Made by a program: the position numbers and the translations under genes. 64,000 nt of DNA from an uncultured Candidatus Saccharibacteria bacterium (GTDB taxonomy: Bacteria; Patescibacteriota; Minisyncoccia; UBA6257; 2-01-FULL-56-20): positions 3,010 to 67,009 of the forward strand of contig CAYHZA010000007.1 of NCBI GenBank assembly GCA_964361095.1, given 5' to 3'. The first letter of the stretch is position 1. Each line of letters opens with the position of its first letter. Shown here piece by piece: positions 59,785 through 64,000 of this stretch. Below the pieces are notes generated by a model. That model made no database searches, had not been told where the DNA came from, and saw nothing but the letters and a program-made list of their open reading frames with translations.

Positions 59785-60308
59785 TAGACATAAAACCGGG
59801 CGAGAGGGTAATTTTTGAAGTACGGCGCCATTGGTATGTGCTTCTTGTCGAAACATTGTCGCTCCTCCTCTTTTTCGCCGTTCCCTTTGTGGCCTTCATA
59901 GTGTTACTTGTGGGAGGTTTTCCTTTGAGCGCCAAAATAATTTTTCTTTTAGTTTTTCTTAAAGCGGCGTGGTTCCTCTTGGGATGGATAATTTTTTTCG
60001 TCATTTGGACGAACTATTATCTTGATGTATGGATTATTACCGACAAACGGATTATTGATATTGAACAGAAGCACCTTTTTAATCGAAATATTTCCGAATT
60101 TGGACTGGATAGAGTTCAGGATGTTACCATAGAAGTCTCGGGATTTCTTCCGACGTTGCTCCACTTTGGAAACATTCACGTTCAGACCGCGGGAGAAACA
60201 AGGTTGTTTATCCTTAAGCATGTTCCGCGCCCCGACAAAGTAAAAGATATTATTTTCAAACAGCAAGATGAGTTTATGAGCTCTCTCCGGAGTGGGAAGC
60301 AATTCTAA
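59781..60308 (+). CDS. Membrane protein with bacterial PH domain
   Basis: RRHW, WIITDKRIIDIEQ, FGNIHVQTAG. Confidence 0.8.
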   Translation: MIDIKPGERVIFEVRRHWYVLLVETLSLLLFFAVPFVAFIVLLVGGFPLSAKIIFLLVFLKAAWFLLGWIIFFVIWTNYYLDVWIITDKRIIDIEQKHLFNRNISEFGLDRVQDVTIEVSGFLPTLLHFGNIHVQTAGETRLFILKHVPRPDKVKDIIFKQQDEFMSSLRSGKQF

Positions 60309-60310
60309 CT

Positions 60311-60544
60311 ATGTCTCGATTCAAAAAATTACGCATTCTTGAATTTTTGGTGATTGGTGTCGTTATGGGAACGATCGAGGATTTGATCGCGGTGTCTCTG
60401 GTGACGGATGCGACGATCAACCTGAATGTTATTTGGATTGTGTTCTTGGTCGCCCTGCCCTTCGCTTTTTTAAGTGAAATAGTGGTTGACCATCCGCGAT
60501 TTTGGGAGAAAATTTTCCCGCCAAAAGAAAAAGAGAAGATGTAA
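60311..60544 (+). CDS. Small membrane protein
   Basis: EDLIAV, SEIVVDHP. Confidence 0.65.
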   Translation: MSRFKKLRILEFLVIGVVMGTIEDLIAVSLVTDATINLNVIWIVFLVALPFAFLSEIVVDHPRFWEKIFPPKEKEKM

Positions 60545-60695
60545 TAAAAAACTACGCGAAGATCGGGGGCCGTCAGAGCCGATCTGTATACCGAACGCCC
60601 TCGGGTTTTCGTCATCACTCTATGGTTCAAAACACACTATATGAAAAAACTGAGAGGGATGATAAAATAATGTTTATTTGTTATACATTGATACT

Positions 60696-61544
60696 ATGAA
60701 AAATAAATACGCAACTCTTGTTTTCGCGGTGGTTTTGGGCGTGGCGCTTATCGGTGTTTTGATCTACGCGCAGGTGATGAGAAAAGTTTCTGTTTCTCAG
60801 AAATATGCGGATGAGATTGTAGTTCAAAATCCGGAAGAAGATCAAACAGTCAAAAGTCCGCTTGAAGTGCGCGGCAAAGCAAGAGGATCGTGGTTCTTCG
60901 AAGCAAATATTCGCGTGGATATTCTTGACGCGAATAATAAGGTGATAACCCAAACAAACGGAATGGCGGAAGGCGAATGGATGACGGCTGATTTCGTGCC
61001 TTTCAAATCTACCGTCGTTTTTAAAACACCCGATACAAAAACAGGTATTTTGAGAATTAAGAATGATAATCCAAGCGGTCTTCCGGAGAATGAAAAATCA
61101 TTTGATGTTCCAATCGTTTTCGGAGAAGAAGAGACGGCGTCAATGGACGATCCCCGCACGATGAAGCTTAATATCTTTTTTGGGAGTTCAAAGTTTGATC
61201 CGCAAGGGGAGCGATGCGATATGACTTATTCGATTTCACGCTCTATTCCGAAGACAACATCCGTGGCAAAAACTTCGTTTCGTGAGCTTCTTCTTGGTCC
61301 GACCGCCCTTGAAAAAAAGGAAGGTTATTTTACGAGTATTCCCGATGGCGTAAAGTTGCAGGGGATCTCGGTTGAAAACGGAATCGCAAAAATTGATTTT
61401 AGTAAGGAACTTGATCTGGTCGGAGGATCTTGCCGCGTGACGGCTATTCGATCTCAAATCACCGAAACATTAAAACAATTTCCGACGATTCAAAATGTGG
61501 TTATTTCCATAGGCGGAAGAACAGAAGACATTCTCCAGCCATAA
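60696..61544 (+). CDS. Gmad2 Ig-like plus GerMN domain protein
   Basis: GKARGSWFFEA, NPSGLPE, ELLLGPT, GGSCRV..IRSQI..TL.QF. Confidence 0.85.
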   Translation: MKNKYATLVFAVVLGVALIGVLIYAQVMRKVSVSQKYADEIVVQNPEEDQTVKSPLEVRGKARGSWFFEANIRVDILDANNKVITQTNGMAEGEWMTADFVPFKSTVVFKTPDTKTGILRIKNDNPSGLPENEKSFDVPIVFGEEETASMDDPRTMKLNIFFGSSKFDPQGERCDMTYSISRSIPKTTSVAKTSFRELLLGPTALEKKEGYFTSIPDGVKLQGISVENGIAKIDFSKELDLVGGSCRVTAIRSQITETLKQFPTIQNVVISIGGRTEDILQP

Positions 61545-61611
61545 TCTTTGCACGTGGGGCGCCGGAACGGATAAATTTGACGTATAAATAGTTTTGATGT
61601 ATAATCTAAGG

Positions 61612-62319
61612 ATGAAAAAAGTTGTCCTGCTTTTTGCCGCGCTTGGCTTGCTTCTATTTTTTGGGGTTTCAACCGCAAACCAAGAAGTCGGTGTGAGTCG
61701 GGAAGAAACTACACATTTCACGCTTACTTCGTTTCTTTATGACGGTGGGCGCTCGGTTTCTTTTGAAGTTTTCGCGGATGGCATTATGCCACGAGGAGCG
61801 CGAAAGGCGTTTCTTTCGGGTTCACTCGATCTGCATTCTGGTTTCGGATTTACCAAAGATTCTATTTATTTTAGTCGGCTTGCATTGCCCGATGGCGCCC
61901 TCCAAATTCGGGCAGACGGAAAGAAAATTTTTTTAGACGTTGATCTTTCGGAAATTCAGGATTTTCGGGCGTTTCGGCGCGCAAACGGCGGAACACTCTC
62001 CGAAATTACGGACCCGTCTGTTTTCCCTTCCATGATTGTTAGCTTTGTATGGGAAGTAGGAAAGCCGATTCCAACCTATGGCGGGAAAATCCAGTCCTTC
62101 TATGCGCGTCCGGACGGAGAGTGGACGCGGAGCGTTATCACGAACCTCAAACGTAATGTTCAAGGAACGGGAGAAATTTTCGGATTCCGAAGTTCCGCGG
62201 CAAGAATACGAAATTTTGAGTATACCGAAGAAGGAAGTGAAGTTTCCGTTTCTTCAGACGGCATTTTTCCTCCGGTCATTTCTTTTCCTAAAGACCCCAC
62301 GCTTCCCGAGGAACCGTAA
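61612..62319 (+). CDS. Hypothetical exported protein
   Basis: Signal peptide. Confidence 0.6.
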   Translation: MKKVVLLFAALGLLLFFGVSTANQEVGVSREETTHFTLTSFLYDGGRSVSFEVFADGIMPRGARKAFLSGSLDLHSGFGFTKDSIYFSRLALPDGALQIRADGKKIFLDVDLSEIQDFRAFRRANGGTLSEITDPSVFPSMIVSFVWEVGKPIPTYGGKIQSFYARPDGEWTRSVITNLKRNVQGTGEIFGFRSSAARIRNFEYTEEGSEVSVSSDGIFPPVISFPKDPTLPEEP

Positions 62320-62484
62320 TATCAGAGAGAGGAGTTTACCCCGTGAGAAGCATAGCTTCTCACGGGGGCTTGACATGTTGCATTTTTAAAGGTACAATCT
62401 CCCCGTTGTACCTTGATTTAATTTTGGTCAGTTTTCCCTCCTAACACCCTTCCCCCCTCTTAAAAGAGGAGAAAGGAATAGAAC

Positions 62485-63399
62485 GTGAAGAAGTTCGTGC
62501 AGTTCGCAGTTGGTCTCGTCGTTCTCGTTGTGTTTTCCATGTTCCAATTCACGGAGGCCGGTATCCGGCCACCGAAGCTCCAGAAGCCCGTGGTTCTCTC
62601 GTGGGAAACAGGTGAACAGTACATGTACACCTACTTCTGTGACACCGATGGGAACACCTGCTACTATGTTCAGGTTTTCGGGAGTTTCCAGAGGAACAGG
62701 ACGACTGGCGAGGGAAGCACGGAGTCCTTGTGGATCATCGGCCTCCGGACAACAGGTTCTTTCTCGAATCCGAACTTCTCCTACTCCTTTGTCGCGAAGA
62801 CTCCGGAGCTTGGGGAGGTTTCTTTCATGGAAAGCTTCGGGCATGGCAATAGGCTGAATCCCGACGCGGCAAGGATTTCGATTTTGGTGAACGCGATGCT
62901 CGACGAAGGCGTGGCCGGTGACTGTTCGGTTGCTGAAGACAAGGTCATCTACTGCACCAAGGTCGACCCACGTTCGGTATTCTCCGATCCGGCCGTTTCG
63001 ATTTCCGCTTCGACAAGCGCGCCTGCCGCGTTCGTCGAAATGACCCATGGTGGAACGGTTTTCCAGAAGAAGGGAGCTATGCAAAATCTGGAAAGCCACC
63101 GAGTGGCGGGTAACGCCGAGATTGACGATGACAGCATCGCTCTCGGATTTTCCGTAAGGAACACCTTTGTATATCTTTACGACCGGCACGCGAGGATCAA
63201 CACCGTGGGAGAAGTTTTTCCCACAACGATTGACTTTCCGTGCCTCGGCGAACAGTGCTACGGCGTGAAAGGAATCGTCTCGGACGAAACAGCGGCTTCT
63301 TTGGTTTTCGGGAAAAAGTTGGGCCTCCCGACCGCCGAAGACATGAAGCGTCTTCTCAATGAGGGGATGCAACAGATGGGCATCATGCCCACGCCATAG
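62485..63399 (+). CDS. Hypothetical exported protein
   Basis: Signal peptide; GC3-rich; own TTGACA..TACAAT promoter and terminator. Confidence 0.65.
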   Translation: MKKFVQFAVGLVVLVVFSMFQFTEAGIRPPKLQKPVVLSWETGEQYMYTYFCDTDGNTCYYVQVFGSFQRNRTTGEGSTESLWIIGLRTTGSFSNPNFSYSFVAKTPELGEVSFMESFGHGNRLNPDAARISILVNAMLDEGVAGDCSVAEDKVIYCTKVDPRSVFSDPAVSISASTSAPAAFVEMTHGGTVFQKKGAMQNLESHRVAGNAEIDDDSIALGFSVRNTFVYLYDRHARINTVGEVFPTTIDFPCLGEQCYGVKGIVSDETAASLVFGKKLGLPTAEDMKRLLNEGMQQMGIMPTP

Positions 63400-63500
63400 G
63401 AGAACTGACCAACAGCACCAGAAGTACCCCGGGTCGCGCACATCATCGTCGCACGGCTCGGGCTTTTTTTATTTACACAAAGGTTTGATACAGTGAGGGC

Positions 63501-64000
63501 ATGAACGTTACACAAAAAATGAAAAGGAAAGATTTTGAACGACTCAAAAAAAGAGCCTTTAAGATAAATAGCGCCCTTAAAAAACTTTTTCCCAAGGCGC
63601 GAATTATTTTGAACTACCGAAATCATTGGGAACTTTTAGTCGCGGTGCAGCTTTCCGCGCAGTGCACGGATATCATGGTAAATAAGGTAACCGAAAAGCT
63701 TTTTAAAAAATATCGTACACTTGACGATTATATAAAAGCAAAACCAAAAGAATTTGAGGAAGATGTATACTCCACGGGTTTTTATCGCAACAAAACAAAG
63801 AATATCTTAGCGGCGGCAAAGATGATTAAGAAAAAATATAACGGCAACATTCCGAAGACCATGGAGGAGCTTCTCCGCGTTCCCGGTGTCGCGCGAAAAA
63901 CCGCTAATGTCGTTTTGGGGAACGCGCATGGAATTATAGAGGGGATCGCCGTGGATACGCACGTAAAACGTCTCGCGCGCGTCCTCGGGCTTTCGAAAGA
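63501..64000 (+). CDS. nth: Endonuclease III (truncated by window end)
   Basis: Manual translation: ELLVAVQLSAQCTD, TGFYRNK, PGVARKTANVVL, IAVDTHVKR. Confidence 0.92.
   Translation, partial: MNVTQKMKRKDFERLKKRAFKINSALKKLFPKARIILNYRNHWELLVAVQLSAQCTDIMVNKVTEKLFKKYRTLDDYIKAKPKEFEEDVYSTGFYRNKTKNILAAAKMIKKKYNGNIPKTMEELLRVPGVARKTANVVLGNAHGIIEGIAVDTHVKRLARVLGLSK

Noticed and set aside
6284-63441. Long antisense or alternate-frame ORFs such as 6284-7084, 12113-12808, 38883-39581 and 62428-63441
   Set aside because: They are shadows of better-supported genes on the other strand or frame, favoured by GC3-rich codons, and carry no recognisable motifs.
1-64000. Prophage, integron or autonomous IS element
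   Set aside because: No integrase, transposase, reverse transcriptase or phage structural gene is recognisable in the ORF track.

Overview
This is a 64 kb bacterial chromosomal segment with almost all genes on the + strand. The short dcw cluster, truncated UvrC and frequent SD-less or leaderless starts suggest a Patescibacteria (CPR, Parcubacteria-like) genome; that assignment is inference. Content: tRNA-Val(CAC), tRNA-Glu(CTC) and tRNA-Arg(TCT); mraZ-rsmH-ftsL-ftsI-murF; tpiA, murB, hpf, secA; a CsoR/YHS/P1B-ATPase copper and redox cluster; glycerate kinase-ppsA-[MNT/HEPN]-D-LDH-eno; typA, tgt, dedA; an ECF sigma module; uvrB/uvrA/uvrC/nfo/nth. Main observations: (1) secA carries a 459-nt in-frame insert encoding a GxxExxY (PD-(D/E)xK-like) domain. 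The insert is bracketed by inverted arrays of CGCNGAC/GTCNGCG units, and removing it exactly restores the frame. (2) A threefold nested stem structure with repeated loop motifs and co-varying stems lies upstream of murB. (3) An orphan gene looks like a DGR variable protein. (4) Several families of small palindromic elements sit in frame inside housekeeping genes, inside relic 5' gene copies and at promoters. All calls come from reading the sequence and the ORF track; no searches were run.
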